DNA of 57,584 nucleotides from Phyllobates terribilis (GCF_046119375.1 NW_027367499.1:1-57584), one strand, 5' to 3'; positions 23,120 through 36,559 are shown, numbered from the stretch's first letter. Numbers and translations: made by a program. Notes: generated from the sequence alone by a model not told the origin.

Positions 23120-26100
23120 TGGTATTAGAGCTTTAACATCGGTCCATCTTATTCCCTTCATCAATGGCGGCCGAGGCTCAACACACCTGGACGCCGCAGA
23201 AAAATCAAACCAACTGGACTGGGAATCAGCCTGGGCGTTCACAATCTGGACAAAGACATCAAAATGGGTACAAAGGAAAATGTCAATCGTGCAAGGAAAT
23301 TGGACATCTCATGCCTCAGTGTCCCATTTTCTGACGAGACCATTCGACAATACAACCGCCAATCATCTCTTCCGCCTCGCAGCAACATGGTCTGCATGCC
23401 AATTCCATGAGTTCGCGTCAGCAGAGTTCCAACATTCTGGTGGATTCGGGAGCAACCCATCACGTTACATCAGACCTGAACAATTTGGCGTTCTATCAAC
23501 CTTATACCGGACCGGATTCACTCTTCATGGGCAACGGTACATGTTTGAGCATTAAGCATCCCGATACTCTTAAAATTCATGATATTTCATTGCCTAATAC
23601 CCTTCATGTTCCACATATTAAACATAATGTACTGTCTGTTTCAAAACTCACAAAACAAACCAATTCTGCCCTGACCTTTTTCCCTGATTCTTTTGTGATA
23701 CTGATCTACAAACAAGCAAAATAAAGCTTAGAGGACCATGTGTCAATGATATTTATGTGTGGCATGTTGTCTCACCATCGGTCAACCATCTCCACCTCAA
23801 TAAAACCAAAGCCTGGCACCACAAACTTGGCCACCCATCAACCTCAATTTTTCAATTTCTTAAAAACTTTTCATTTACTAATGTTAAGTTTCATCAGTCT
23901 GACTGTTCGTCTTGTCAGACTAGCAAGAGTCATAGACTTCGTTTTAAGGAATCCTCCCTTGTTTCTTCTTACCCTTTACAAATTATATTCACTAATGTTT
24001 GGACCTCTCATGTGTTATCTTCTGATGGATTAAAGTATTATTGTCTATTTGTTGATCACTTTACCAAATACATTTAGCTTTATCCACTGAAACACAAATC
24101 CGATGTCAAACTTATTTTTCCAAAATTCAAAAGGCTGGTGGAAGGCTTCTTTTCCCACAAAATAAAAATCCTTTACAGTGATAATGGTGGTGAGTACATA
24201 AGGCTTTGCACTTTATTAAACGACCAGGGTATTAGCCATTTTACAACCCCACCACATACACCCGAGCATAACGGCATATCCGAAAGAAGAAATCGCCATG
24301 CTGTTGAAACTGGTTTAGGCCTGCTAACTCATGCGGGTATTCCACTCCATTATTGGCCCCTAGATATGCTACCGTTGCTTACCTAATAAATCGCTTTCCC
24401 ACTCTTGTTCTAAACTACGAATCACCAAACACAAAGCTCATCAAGATACAACCGGAATATCATAACTTTAAGAGTTTTGGATGTTTATGCTTTCCCTGAT
24501 TAAAACCATATGCTAACCACAAACTTGATCTGAGGTCTATTGAGTGTATTTTTGTAGGATACGCGGCTTACCGACATGCATACAATTGTCTTGATCCAAA
24601 GACGGGGCACATCTACACCTCGCGGCATGTCAAATTCAATGAGTCCGTATATCCTTTCAAAAATTCTGTTTCAGCAGAAATGTAAACACAAAATCTGCCA
24701 GCTCAAGAATCCAGGAGGGTGACAATCACTATACCTATGTTCAGTCCACCAACCCGGGCCCGCCAAGGAGCAGCTCAACCCACTGGGTTGCTCACTCACA
24801 CTTCAAAGCCGCCCACTCTAGTCCCTCTACTTCTCTTGAGAGTGCTATTGTTCCGCCTCCCACAACAACATCTCCACCGGCCCACCAAACACAAACTCAT
24901 CCCAATAACCCCTTACCAGCTTAGCCCATTGCTCCAATACAATCACAAACCCAATCCGTTGCGAATACACAGCACTAGCCGCCCGGAATTGTAACTTGTA
25001 GCAAGAACAACATCCCAAAACCTGGCACCAAGCTAAGTCTCCATATTCACAAATCCCAAGCCGAACCACGCACAATAACGCAAGCCCTCCGAGATTTAGA
25101 ATGGAGATCCACTTTGAACAATGAGGACGAGGCCTTGTGTGGGAATGGAACCTAGGAACTAGTTCCTGCTGATTCATCACAGAACCTTGTGGGCTGCAAA
25201 TGGATTTTTTAGATCAAACGCAAGCAAGACATGTCAGTTGATCGGTTCAAGGCACGTCTCCTCGCAAAGGGATTTCACCAACGCTCCGGATGGGACTACC
25301 ACTAGACATTCATCCCCGTTGTAAAGCCGGTAACGGTCCGTGTAATTTTGACCATCGCAACTCACAACCACTGGCCTCTTCGACAACTCGACATCAACAA
25401 TGCATTTCTCCAAGGCAAACTTGATGACAAGGTGTTCATGGTTCAGCCGCCGGGCTTTGTCAGTAAAGCCTACCCCGATCACGTGTGCAAATTAAAAAAG
25501 GCAATATACGGCCTTAAGCAGGATCCGAGGGTGTGGTATATAGAACTCCGAAGCTTCCTCGTTTCCATGGGATTTCGCAATTCCGTGGCAGACACTTCAT
25601 TATTCATCTTTCAACGAGGTGATCTCACTCTCTATATCCTGGTATACGTTGATGATATAATTGTTACATGGAGTAGCACCACGGATGTAATCGAAGTCAT
25701 ATCAAAACTGGCCGCATTTTTTTCTCTAAAGGACATGGGTGGCCTCTCTTATTTCCTTGGAGTTGAGGTGCAAGCTACTCAAGATGGTGTTTGCATTAAT
25801 CAGCGGCAATATGTACTGGACTTACTCCAAAATGCGAGGATGGATACAAAACCATCAGCTACACATATGTCGCCGGCTACACTGCTGCAACAACACAAAG
25901 GAAATCCGCTGTCGTCTCCAACTCACTACAGGGCACTCGTCGGAAGCCTACAATACCTAAGCTTCACAAGACCAGATGTCGCATTTGCTACAAACAAGTC
26001 GAGTCAATATATGCAAGCACGTACCGACAAACACTGGGGAGCTCTGAAACGCATATTACGCTACTTAGCTAGGACATTTGACCGTGAAATCCATATCTTT

Positions 26101-26601
26101 TGCGTCTTCACCATTGGACTTCCATGCCTACTCCGACGCTGATCACGGGGGTGACAAGGACTCCTACACTTCAACAACTGGTTATATCTTGTACCTTGGT
26201 AGCACACCGATCTCTTGTTCTCGTATGCAGAAGTCAGTAGCAAGGTCGTCAACCGAGGCCGAACACAAGGCTCTAGTTGAAACTGCGGCTGAAGTTACAT
26301 GGACAACCTCACTTCTTGTTGAGATCGGGCACGTCTATGACACCAAACCAGTCATTTATTGTGATAATTTGGGTGCGATCATCCTAAGTGCTAATCCCGT
26401 ATTCCACTCGCGTATGAAGCACATCGCCATTGCGTATCATTTTGTTCGTGAGCAGGTCCAAAATGGAGCCCTATGTGTCTCGTAAATTTCAACGGAGGAC
26501 CAACTTGTCGACATTCTGACCAAAGCTATGCACATCCCACGGTTTCTTCATCTATCTAACAAGTTAAACTTATCTGTCGGATCGTTTAGCTTGCGAGGGT
26601 G

Positions 26602-26808
26602 TATTAATAAATAAAGATTAGTCAAAGATATCTCTCCCTAGTCAAAGATATCATTTCCTTTATTAGATTAGTCAAAAATATCTTTCCCTAGTCAAATATA
26701 TCGTTTTCTTATTCTCGGGATTAGATTATGGTCAGTTATGGCAAATCCTTTGTATATATATTCCCTTCCTTCAGCAATAATAATCAATCAAGTCTTAATT
26801 CTCTTATA
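26602..26808 (+). repeat. 3' LTR (207 bp) with TA...TA termini
   Basis: Matches 22911-23119; follows the PPT and is followed by the TSD copy TGTGG. Confidence 0.9.
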
Positions 26809-27057
26809 TGTGGATCGTATGATGAAAGTTGATCCAACGACCTGTGTTCTTTCTCTATCCTCAAAAGAATTAGTATTCTCACGGGATCCTTTTTCTATTT
26901 TAAAAGGTTTTTCTATTGTTTGTTCATGGACACATAATATGCTATCAAAATGGGGGGAAAACTTTCATTAAATTTTAAGGGGTGAATTAACAAACCCTTC
27001 ACAATAAAAAAATATAATTTTAATGATTAGTATTTTACATTTAACTATGTTATAGAC

Positions 27058-27356
27058 GAGGTGGGTTCCGGTGTGAAGTGCCCTTATGGTGTAAAATGTG
27101 AAGAATGTTGAGCCATTAGATTAGAAAATGGAGGGCTGAGATTAAAAGATGATTTTTTAATGAATCCACGCGGTGTTATTTTTGTAATTAATGGTGAACT
27201 TTTTTTCTTTTTCTTTTTTTACGTTTTCTGGGTAATTTTTTTATTCCCTTAGAACTGAACGATTGCGTGTTATATGTGAATATTAGCGTGTTATATGTGT
27301 ACCCGAGAAACTTCGCACTTCACACCATAAGGACACTTCACACCGGATCCTTATTC
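27058..27356. mobile_element. Mutator-type MITE (299 bp)
   Basis: Inverted repeats GGTTCCGGTGTGAAGTGCCCTTATGGTG and CACCATAAGGACACTTCACACCGGATCC. Perfect 10-bp TSD TGTTATAGAC (27048-27057 and 27357-27366). Confidence 0.88.
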
Positions 27357-28282
27357 TGTTATAGACACATAATAAAAAAATTCAATTTCAAAATAGTTAA
27401 TGATAGTATTCTTCCCTAGATTCTCGTTTATTTGTTTTGGACAAAATTAATTAAAATAAAACCTTTGGGTATGTGTAATAAAAATAATCCAATTTTTTAA
27501 GAGTTAATAAAATAACCCGAATTTCGTCATTGTGTCATAGTTCTAACCTACAATAATATTTTGCCATATTTGCCCATAAAATTAATTATGTATATAATTT
27601 ATTCTAATTTTAAAATTTTCAATTCTAAAATTCCCAAAATACCCTTAAGGAGCCTTACTTCTTTGACCTTCTTCAACCTTCTCCTCCTCCATTCGGTCTT
27701 ACTGCTCCGCCACCGTACACCAGTGACGCCCCCTCCCCTTTTCTCCCCATCACCCTGACACCCCTTCCATCCTCCTAACGCTCGACATGGCTATAATCAA
27801 GTTGTGCCAAATTACTCCTCGCTAAATCTCGTGCTCAAAATTTGTTGCTGTATCAATGGCAACGACAATGATGAAGGGTGATGAACTAATGATCTTGATT
27901 TATAGTGCCATAGGTAGGATTAGATGAAAACCAATTGAACAATCAAACAGCATGTTACAGTTGCAGCATTTTCATGCAACTCATATTACCGCTCATAAGA
28001 ATAAACTATATCATGTGCTGCTACGTCTGATCATCATACATTCCGTGAAGCTTTGATTCTAAATAGTAGAGACAATAACAAATGGAAGTGATAATTCGTC
28101 CAAACTATCACCAGACAACAAAAAAGAATTGACGCCCGTTGGCACTCACTATCTAGCATAGCATGTAAAACAAACAAAATTATCGATATACGCTCAACAT
28201 TATAAGAACCCCAAACCACATTCAACTTGTCCCTCTGGATTTTATCAGTGTATGTCATAAGCATAAGAAGCACACTTCAACA

Positions 28283-31116
28283 TTAACGCCGTAGTGAGAA
28301 AAGGATTGGTTTCTTTTGCTTTTTCTCTTCAGCCCGCCTGCACGCCAATATATTCAGATCCACAATATCTTGAATTGATTATATTAAGTGTATAGAAATT
28401 AAGCAGTTGAAGTTAAGATGGAAATTACCTGCGGTTCTCCTTTGTTCGCTCTAAGAAGCCCTTTGCAATATCCTGGCCTTCATACGATGCAATCACTTGT
28501 CGAATATCAGGCGGTCTATGCACTACCACATCTGTAGCAAAACAAAATAGAGTACAACTGAATATGGAAATATGAAGTGTGTTGGAGAAAAGTTAGCTGT
28601 TGTTGATTACTCACATTCAAGAAAAGGAATAAGATCAAGTAGGGCAGTATCATCCATATTCTCCGGTGTCCATGGCTTTATTGGTATACTGTTTTCTGGC
28701 TGTAGTGTATTTTCTAATGCATGAGCACTCACGTATATGATTCGAGAAGGATCACGGTTTAGTTTTGAGAAATCCTGCACCACAACTCACAAGTATGGAC
28801 ATTAATGTCAAACTCAAGTGTTTCAGGGTTGATGACTGAAAAAAACAAACTAGGCAGGAATTACCCTATAATGTTGACCATTCTGATATTTTGTTGCAGC
28901 TCTTGACAGCACAAATCTTATATTTGGCTTCGTAGCGTTCAATCTCCCAACAATATCATCCACGTACTGCTCATTTCATAACAAGGCATTTTGGTATACA
29001 AATTTGCATTTACACAAAAATGAAAGAAATTCTGATTATTACCGTATTCATCTGATCAGAATACACAACAATCTCATAAAATTGAGATAAGTGTTCCAAG
29101 AAAGCATCAAGGCCAGGCCTCTTGAATGTCCTCCAGCCCCTTTCACGCTTCACAGTTCAAATAGGGTCAACAATATCAGTTCTACAGCCATCAGATCAAC
29201 TTCAGTTTGATCATTTTGCTATGTTTTTCATGGTAATTCCTTAACATAATTTCATTCATCTATGATCTGAGTACAAGTAGGAGTTAATCCTCCTTTTATA
29301 GAGGTGAAGCATAATTAACTCCTCAAACGAAATAATAATAATAATAATCTAGATAAAGGAAAGCAACATGGAGAAAGTGGTAACACGCCCAATAACTAAC
29401 ACTTAATCTGAAAAACAAAACTATAATTATTTAGAGTAATAATTTAGACAATCTGTGTTTGTAACTAAGTGAAAATCATATTGGAGTACCATCCATATTC
29501 AGCAAGACAACTGAAGAGATAAATTTTCAATATGAAATATAGAATGTTTAATTCTCAACACCTTCAAGGTAACCAAATGGATCAACATAGAATATTTTAT
29601 GCTTACTAAGTTCATTCATGTCATGAAACTAATCGGTACATGAACTGAGCTTAATAGCATAAAGATTGTTAGCTGTTTGGGTTAGTGAAGGTATTACCTT
29701 CCAGTCTGAGTGGATCAAAGTTTCACTCAGATCTAGAACAAGTGTGTACACATGCTGCTCCTCAGGAAGCAAATCTGGAAGGAGCTTATCTGCGGAGGGT
29801 TCAGTGAAATCCTACAGCAGTAAGGAAAGCAACTTATTAGTCAGAAATGAAAAGCAAAGCAAGAAACTCAATCAATGCAAAAAAGAAAAGTTGCTCACCC
29901 TAACACGCTCCTCGATCATTCTCCTGGTATCCAAATAAAATTCAATAGCTCCAGCAGATGCTAAAGAAGGACGATAATAGTTTCAGTATGTGATTAGATC
30001 ATATAATCTTAATTTATGAAAACACATTAATAACAGATATAATGCAACATCACTGTAGTTCCAGTTACATAATCAACACAAGTTTATAGATGACAGACCA
30101 AGAGAAACTAACAAAGCAGACAAGGTGGAAGAGAGATAAACCTTTCACAGCAGTAGAGCGTAGAGAAGCTCGAGATTTCTGCAGCCAAAATGAATAGCAG
30201 TTTTTATTAGCACCTGTAATCATGAATACAAGTAGACATACTAAAATTTCTTATAGCTGTTACAGTAACAATGAATAAGCTACAACATAATACAGAGCTA
30301 ACCTGGAAGATTACTTCCCTAAAATAGCAAACAAATTAATGTAAAGCACAATGTCAAATCCTATAACTCAATTAGATACTGATACATTACTACCAGGAAC
30401 TTTTGCAAGAACTTACATCAATAGCTGATGCATCATTTGGAAGAGCATAATTTGCTGATTGCCGAAATGTTTTCGTTTTCTCATCCACTTCATCCGTGGT
30501 GTATGCTGCAATATGCATGTACAGAAGTGTGAATACACAAAGAAAAGAAGGAAATGGATGAAAGAATCAGCTTCCAAATTCGAACAGTCTTCTACTACGA
30601 GAGATAAACTATACGGAGAGATGTGTCATGTGTGTCTCATCTAAATTCACATAGAGTGCTCCAGAAACAACCCAGAAAATTAGAGATTCATCGAAGACCT
30701 AATCGGTAAAATTAGAAGCGACGGAAAAAGCATATATGGCAATCGCAAGAACAAAAATGTAAACCAACTTATCGGAGAATCAAAACAAAGGAAAAGAAGA
30801 GATTAGAGCGACTGGAAAAGATACCATATGTAGCGTAACCAGCAGTAGCAGCAGCACCAGTAAAAGCACTAATTAAGGTAAAGTTGAGAAATTTGAGCAA
30901 CGGTGATCGCGAAGCCGGCGGAGGAGGAGGCGGAGAGGCACCGGAGGACTCGTGTAGCTTGGACGAGGCGGCGGCGGCGGAATTAATATCAGCAGATGAA
31001 GAGGAAAGATGCGGCTCTTTAGGGATGGAGCTGGAGGTGCATAGTAACCTCCCTCTTCCATGAATGGAGGCGGTGTCGATTCTCAGGAGTCGAGATCGGA
31101 TCGCCGGGAGCGACAT
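28283..31116 (-). CDS. TIM50: Mitochondrial import inner membrane translocase subunit TIM50 (multi-exon)
   Basis: Presequence-like N-terminus and TM segment ([17 protein letters not shown]|[12 protein letters not shown]). Then [47 protein letters not shown] and [12 protein letters not shown]. Stop TAA at 28283-28285; GT-AG borders. Confidence 0.93.
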
Positions 31117-31389
31117 CCTCGCTTTGGTCAGAGGAGAGGAGAGACGACGACGACACCGTAGGGTTTATTGGGTTAAGTTGACAATGAAATGTGGGTAAAC
31201 AGAGTCTATGGGTGGACCGGTTTTTGAACCCTCAGTAGTCAGTAACACTACTTCAAATCTTGAATGAAACGAAAATGAAACGGGTGAAATTATAACTTTT
31301 TAGTTTTTTCCTCAAGTAATTGGAAGAAGATTTTTTTACGTCCCGGCTATATGTCGAAAAGTGGTTTTGCTAACCCTCGTACACGAAAA

Positions 31390-31568
31390 CGTTATGATGG
31401 GCACCGCACATGGCGCGATGATGGAAGACCAAATGGCCGTGACGGCAGAGGCGAACATTGGCGTGACGCTGGACAAAGCTGAAGACGTCACGTCGTAAAT
31501 TTTTAACAGGTGTCGTGACGACGGTGGCGAGATACAACGTGACGGCAAAGTTTATAATAGGCGTGACG
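31390..31568. repeat. Left-terminal array of CGTGACG motifs at ~24-bp period
   Basis: Motif starts at 31390*, 31414*, 31438, 31462, 31486 (reverse), 31514, 31538 and 31562 (* = degenerate). Spacers are unrelated to each other. Confidence 0.85.
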
Positions 31569-32118
31569 GTATGGTCTTTTATTGATAGGAGATGTTTTTG
31601 ATGTTCGTAAGTATTTTTATTAGTTGTAAATGGTTATTTAAGCCTTTTTATGCTATTTTTGACAAGAAAATCACATTAAATGATAGTGTTAGGCTGGGTG
31701 GGTCTGTAAGGGTGTTCGGAAGGATGAAAACGTACTTGTATTGAATGAAAGGGATGTATTAGGTGGTTTTAACAATGTTGTGTGATATGTAATGACCTAT
31801 ATTGAGATCTTGTGACATTAAGTGACACTTGAATTCATCCCCGTACTAATGTCTATTTTGTAACAGCTAGTGTCCTCATGTTTCCAATATTTTGTAGTTT
31901 AATGGTAAGAGAGTATGAAGTTGGAAGCATTGCTACTAGTTGTGCATGAATAAAATAGCACAACAAGCCACAACTTTATTTAATGTGTACAAGAAAATAG
32001 TCCAACAATGCATAAATTCAATGTCAACAGCCCATGAAGACACTGCATAGTGAACATGAAAATCACCCCTTAAATAGGCCATGTATGTGAAATTTGTGTT
32101 ATAGCCCAATGTCTTGGT

Positions 32119-32200
32119 CGTCACGTCCGGAGTGACGCAGAACGTGACGCCCTAACCCACCCAAGTCGTCACGCCAGGGATGGTTTCCATCGTCACGCGC
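32119..32200. repeat. Internal CGTGACG/CGTCACG array upstream of the transposase TATA box
   Basis: Motifs at 32119, 32143, 32167 and 32191 (exact 24-bp steps). The last extends to CACGCGC (32194-32200). TATA-like ctatttaaa at 32347. Confidence 0.85.
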
Positions 32201-32418
32201 CGCAAGCTAGACTGAAAAGCCAGAAGTAGGCTGTCGTATCAAGCCCATGCCTCTGTAATTATGTCTCCAACTCAAGGGTGCAGCGACATGACCGACACCT
32301 GCAACATTTGAACCATTTTCATCCACAAAAATAGCTTCATGTTCTTCTATTTAAACCCCTACACCTCACCATCTTCATTCACCAAATCACTTACAACATT
32401 TCTCTCCATTCTAACAAA

Positions 32419-35400
32419 ATGAAGAAGTTTTTCTTATCAAAGTTTAAGAAAATGAGTATTGAGAGAGTAAAACATCAAGAGGGTGACGAACGTAGTCATT
32501 ATGAGCATGATGAACGCATGGATCGAGGGGGGGGGGATCCAAACACATCATACTTACCTGGAGATTACAACAATGAGGTTAGTTAGCATATATGTTTACT
32601 CTTGTAGAGGTTAGTTAGCATATATTTTTACTCTTGTAGAGGTGCAGTAGTGTTGAGCATGATGAACGTATGTTGCATTATGTCGTAGTAGTATGATTTA
32701 TTTATTCATTTTGGTTCCATAAGTTTACGATTTATTTCGTCATTAGGCCCTACATTTAGTTAGCATATGATATATTTCATCATTAAGCACTACAGTTAGT
32801 TAGCATATATGTCTACCTATTACGTTGTGTTGCACCTTGTTATGTTATGTTGCATTTAGTTCTATATGTTGCAGCTTGTTATGTTATGTTGCATTTATTT
32901 ATATGAGCTCACTTTTGGTACATCTATTGTTGTAACGTATAGATTGCACGAGACACATACGACAATAGCTCATCATTCTACCACGGAGAGCAAATTCCTT
33001 CTCATGGCTATGTTCCTGATTCATATGAAAGTCTGGATCGAATACAGGTCCCAACCATGTACTGTAACGGCCTACAACCTCAAGTGCCATATCAAGTGCC
33101 CTACTCGGACTACACAAACGTGTCATAGAGACGGGATGAGTCCTTACTCGATTGTCCAATTCCGAAATTCAGTCTTGGCTTGACGGACAACGAAGATAGC
33201 CCCCCAAGGATGAGTTGTCCGGCAAGGTTCGCAAGCCAGAGTAGCATGGAACAAGGTCCTGAATTTTGGGGATGGGCACCCCTATACACTCTACCCAAGT
33301 TCAAGAACGTGGCCACACCTGAACCAATAACTTCAAAGGACTACAATGAGTACTTTGTTACAGATCAGGTCTTCAACAAAAGAGATGAAATAATTGAATG
33401 GGCTAAGGGGGAGGCGAAGAAGCTCAACTTCGTGCTCGTCAACTACAGGGTTGATAGCGGAACTAATGGTAGAAGGCCTGTGACGTGGTTAGCGTGCCAG
33501 AGGAGAGGTAAGAGCACGCCAACCAAATCCCCCAGCGAGAAGATAAGGACTAGAGTGAGACAGTGCAACTGTCCGTTCCTCTTGCAAGTATTTGAGGAAC
33601 CGCTGGAACATTGTTGTGCGCAAGGGGACGCACAATCATGTCATAAGCGACAACCTGCACGGAAACGCGTACGCTGGTCGTCCCACAAAGGAAGAGTTGA
33701 AGGTGATTAGAGAGATGGCTGAAGTACATGTACAACCGAGGCACGTACTGAGGATGTTGTCCAGCCCAGACAATGTGACGAGCATCAAGCAAATTTATAA
33801 CATAAATCAGAAGTTCAGGAGGGAAGGAATGGAAGGACGTACCGTCGTGCAAGAGTTCTTCAAAAAGTGTAAGGAGAACGAGTATTATGTTGAGTACACG
33901 TCTGACCCGGAAACAAACAAGATAAAAGACATTTTCTTTGCAAGCCCGGATGGAATAAGGCTACTAAGGGCATTCCCGTACGTTATCTTGTTGGACTCAA
34001 CTTACTCCACTAATGTGTAAGTCCATCTCCCCGGATTCATGTTTTGTATCGTGTGAGTTCGTTCTATGTTGTTAAGAACTTCCCTTTTATGTATAGGTAC
34101 GACAGTCCCTTCTTGGAGATTGTAGGTATCACATCAACGTGGAAGAACTTCAACATCGCTGGAGCATTCCTTGCCCGCGAGGAGACCGAGAACTATACAT
34201 GGGCCATAGAGCAACTTGCAAAGTTGTTCTACAAAGTGAAACAACAACCGACATGTGTAGTGACGGACCGGGAGGCGGCGTTGATGAAGCCAGTTTACCG
34301 TATGTTTCCACACGCGAAGTTCTTGCTATGCAGGCTTCACGTCCAACGGAACATCGAGCTGTTTGCACGTAAGTTGACCAACAAGGCCAGGGCGACCAGA
34401 GTATCTAACGCATACAGGGATCTATTCTATTGCACTAGCGAGGAGGACTACAATGCGAAGAGCGAAAAACTTTTTCACAACTGGCGTGGTCTTCAGAAAT
34501 TGCATGCATACGCGCACCAAACCTGGTTCAAGCCTCATAAGGGGAAGCTTGTCGCAGCATGGACAGACGACGCATTCACGCTGGGGCAGAACACAACAAA
34601 CAGGTAAAACTATCTTAACGTTTTCTTCTACATCTGATGCATGTGACGTATAGTATAACCAAACATCCCTCGTCAATGAAACCAGGGTTGAAGGAGCGCA
34701 TTCTGTCTTGAAGAAATACTTGTCCAGCCCGAACGGAAACCTGTCAACCATCTTCGCAGAGTACCACATGTTGTTGAGGAATCAGGTTCGTGAGATTAAG
34801 GGCAGCCTGAACATGAGTTTAGAAACCCAATTCAGGCTTATAGATGGAGCGCACATCTTCAACCTGTTGCACTACAAGGTTTCAGCACTGGGCTTCAACC
34901 GACTAATGGACGAGTACAAGAACGGCCAGTTCATGAACCCGGAGCCGTACTGCAAATGCGTCAACATGACTAGGGACGGTCTCCCCTGCTACCACGTCAT
35001 AGGAACCTATATGCACGCCGGTCATGCATTACCGGAGGAGGAGATTCATAAATTTTGGAGAACACTTTCCATATCGGATGTGCCAGATGTCGTCGATGAC
35101 GAGAAGATAAAGAGGAAGGTAAATAGGTCGTTGATGGACGACTTTGCAGGAGAGGAGTTCGATAATTTGACCGTGGATGTTCAGCTGAAGGCGGTCAGAA
35201 TGTTGAACAAGCTAATGCGCCCAGAAGAGACGAAGCTTGATGAGCCCGCAAACTTCAAACACAAGGGTAGGCCGGTGGGTGCACTTAACAAGAGACTACC
35301 CTGTGCGTGGGAGAGCTCCGAGGTTGACAAAGATGAGTCACCACAAAAGAAGCAGAAGGCCGTACCTCAACCTACTAAAGCGCCAAGGCTGCTTCTCAAC

Positions 35401-36156
35401 AAAAAATATCACAAGTTGTGGCCACAGTGCATGGGACAGTACATACAAGGCTGGTACAAGATCGTCGCCGACGGAAACTGTGGATATAGATCCATTGCAG
35501 TTGGACTAGGTATGAGCGAAGATGCCTGGCCCCAGATAAGGGAGGCCATGTTCAAGACGGTTGAAACCGACTGGGAGGCACAAAGCAGGCTGATATTTTC
35601 AACAACCACTAAGCAAGAGATGATAGTCAAGCTGGACACGCAGTGGTCCTATCCGACTGCACCGTTGTGGAAATGGTTCATCATTCCTGACATGGGGACG
35701 ATTGCTACAACAACATTCAATGTGGCGTTGGTAATCCTTGGGGAAAACAACAACATCACTCACATGCCCATACGAGCAGCGGCAGACTATGTGCCCGGTC
35801 AGCATATCCCGATTATATGTCTAGGCCACATACCACGCGAGAACCATTGGGTTTCGGTATGTATGTTACATTCGCTGCAGATGCATTTTTTACTACTTAA
35901 TTGTGTTTTAACCGGGCTCCTCCTCTGGATGTCTATTTGTTCCATACAGGTTATCATCCATCCAAACTCGCCCCTCCCACCACTGAACGTGTTGTGGAGC
36001 CATCATCATGAACCATCAGCCTATCAAATGCTTGTGCCCCTTGTCGAACGGTTATGAGCCTATCAGTTTGATGCGGCCGATAGGCATACACAATCTAGAC
36101 GAGGAAGAAAACAACGTAGTACTCATGTAGACGTCGATGACTACGATGCTGTTTGA
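32419..36156 (+). pseudogene. MULE/FAR1-type DDE transposase with SWIM finger and C-terminal OTU-like protease (~1,040 codons; disrupted)
   Basis: Exons 32419-32577, 32943-34016, 34097-34603, 34686-35856, 35950-36156. Motifs WLACQRRG, LLDSTYSTN (D), VVTDREAALM (D), LCRLHV, TNRVEGAH (E), CKC...LPCYH (SWIM) and ADGNCGYRSIA...ENHWV (OTU). Lesions: TAG at 33126, a frameshift near 33597 and TGA at 36055. The first exon is the least certain. Confidence 0.88.
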
Positions 36157-36559
36157 CAATTTAATATTAAGCCCATGTAACGATAAGTCGTTGTTGTTTT
36201 GATTTGAACATTGTATTTGTTGCACTTTTTCCTCATTGAATGAAGCCCATGTACACTGGATCCAGCTAAATGAAGCCCATTTACATATAACAAAGCCTGG
36301 TTTCCAATATCTTCCATTGGATTCCAAATTTGAAAATCACCCACACTGATGTGACATTGCACTACGGTTCCCATCATGCTTTTCAGCATGGGACCCGGGC
36401 ATATGTACCCTCGAATCTAGAGAAATAATGGAGATAGTGGGTGTGAGCTGTAATCTAGATGGAAGCCATTGAAGCGGCCTAAGTCTTCTATAAATTCCGC
36501 CCCCAGGCAAGATAAAATCTCAGTCTAAGACAACACTCTCCTTTGCATTCTACATAGTG

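Larger units (their letters stand above)
22911..26808 (+). mobile_element. Ty1/Copia LTR retrotransposon (Ale/Retrofit-like), gag largely deleted, pol disrupted
   Basis: LTRs at 22911-23119 and 26602-26808. PBS TGGTATTAGAGC at 23120; PPT-like ttgcgagggtg before the 3' LTR. TSD TGCGG/TGTGG. Domain order PR (LVDSGATHH), IN (PEHNGISERR), RT (QLDINNAFLQG, YVDDII), RH (YSDAD...STEAE). Confidence 0.93.

Noticed and set aside
26600-26601. Canonical TG start for the Copia 3' LTR
   Set aside because: The 5' LTR is preceded by GG, not TG, and the TSD fits only the TA boundaries.
27467-27800. Possible further MULE/MITE end (gggtatgtgtaataaaataatcc; ccaaaataccct)
   Set aside because: No partner TIR or TSD found.
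29700-29740. TIM50 as an active FCP1-like phosphatase
   Set aside because: The motif reads DLSET rather than DxDxT, which is normal for TIM50.
31390-31568. CRISPR-like array (repeat plus unique spacer pattern)
   Set aside because: The repeat is only 7 bp, occurs in both orientations and has ~17-bp spacers. The context is a eukaryotic transposon end with no cas genes.
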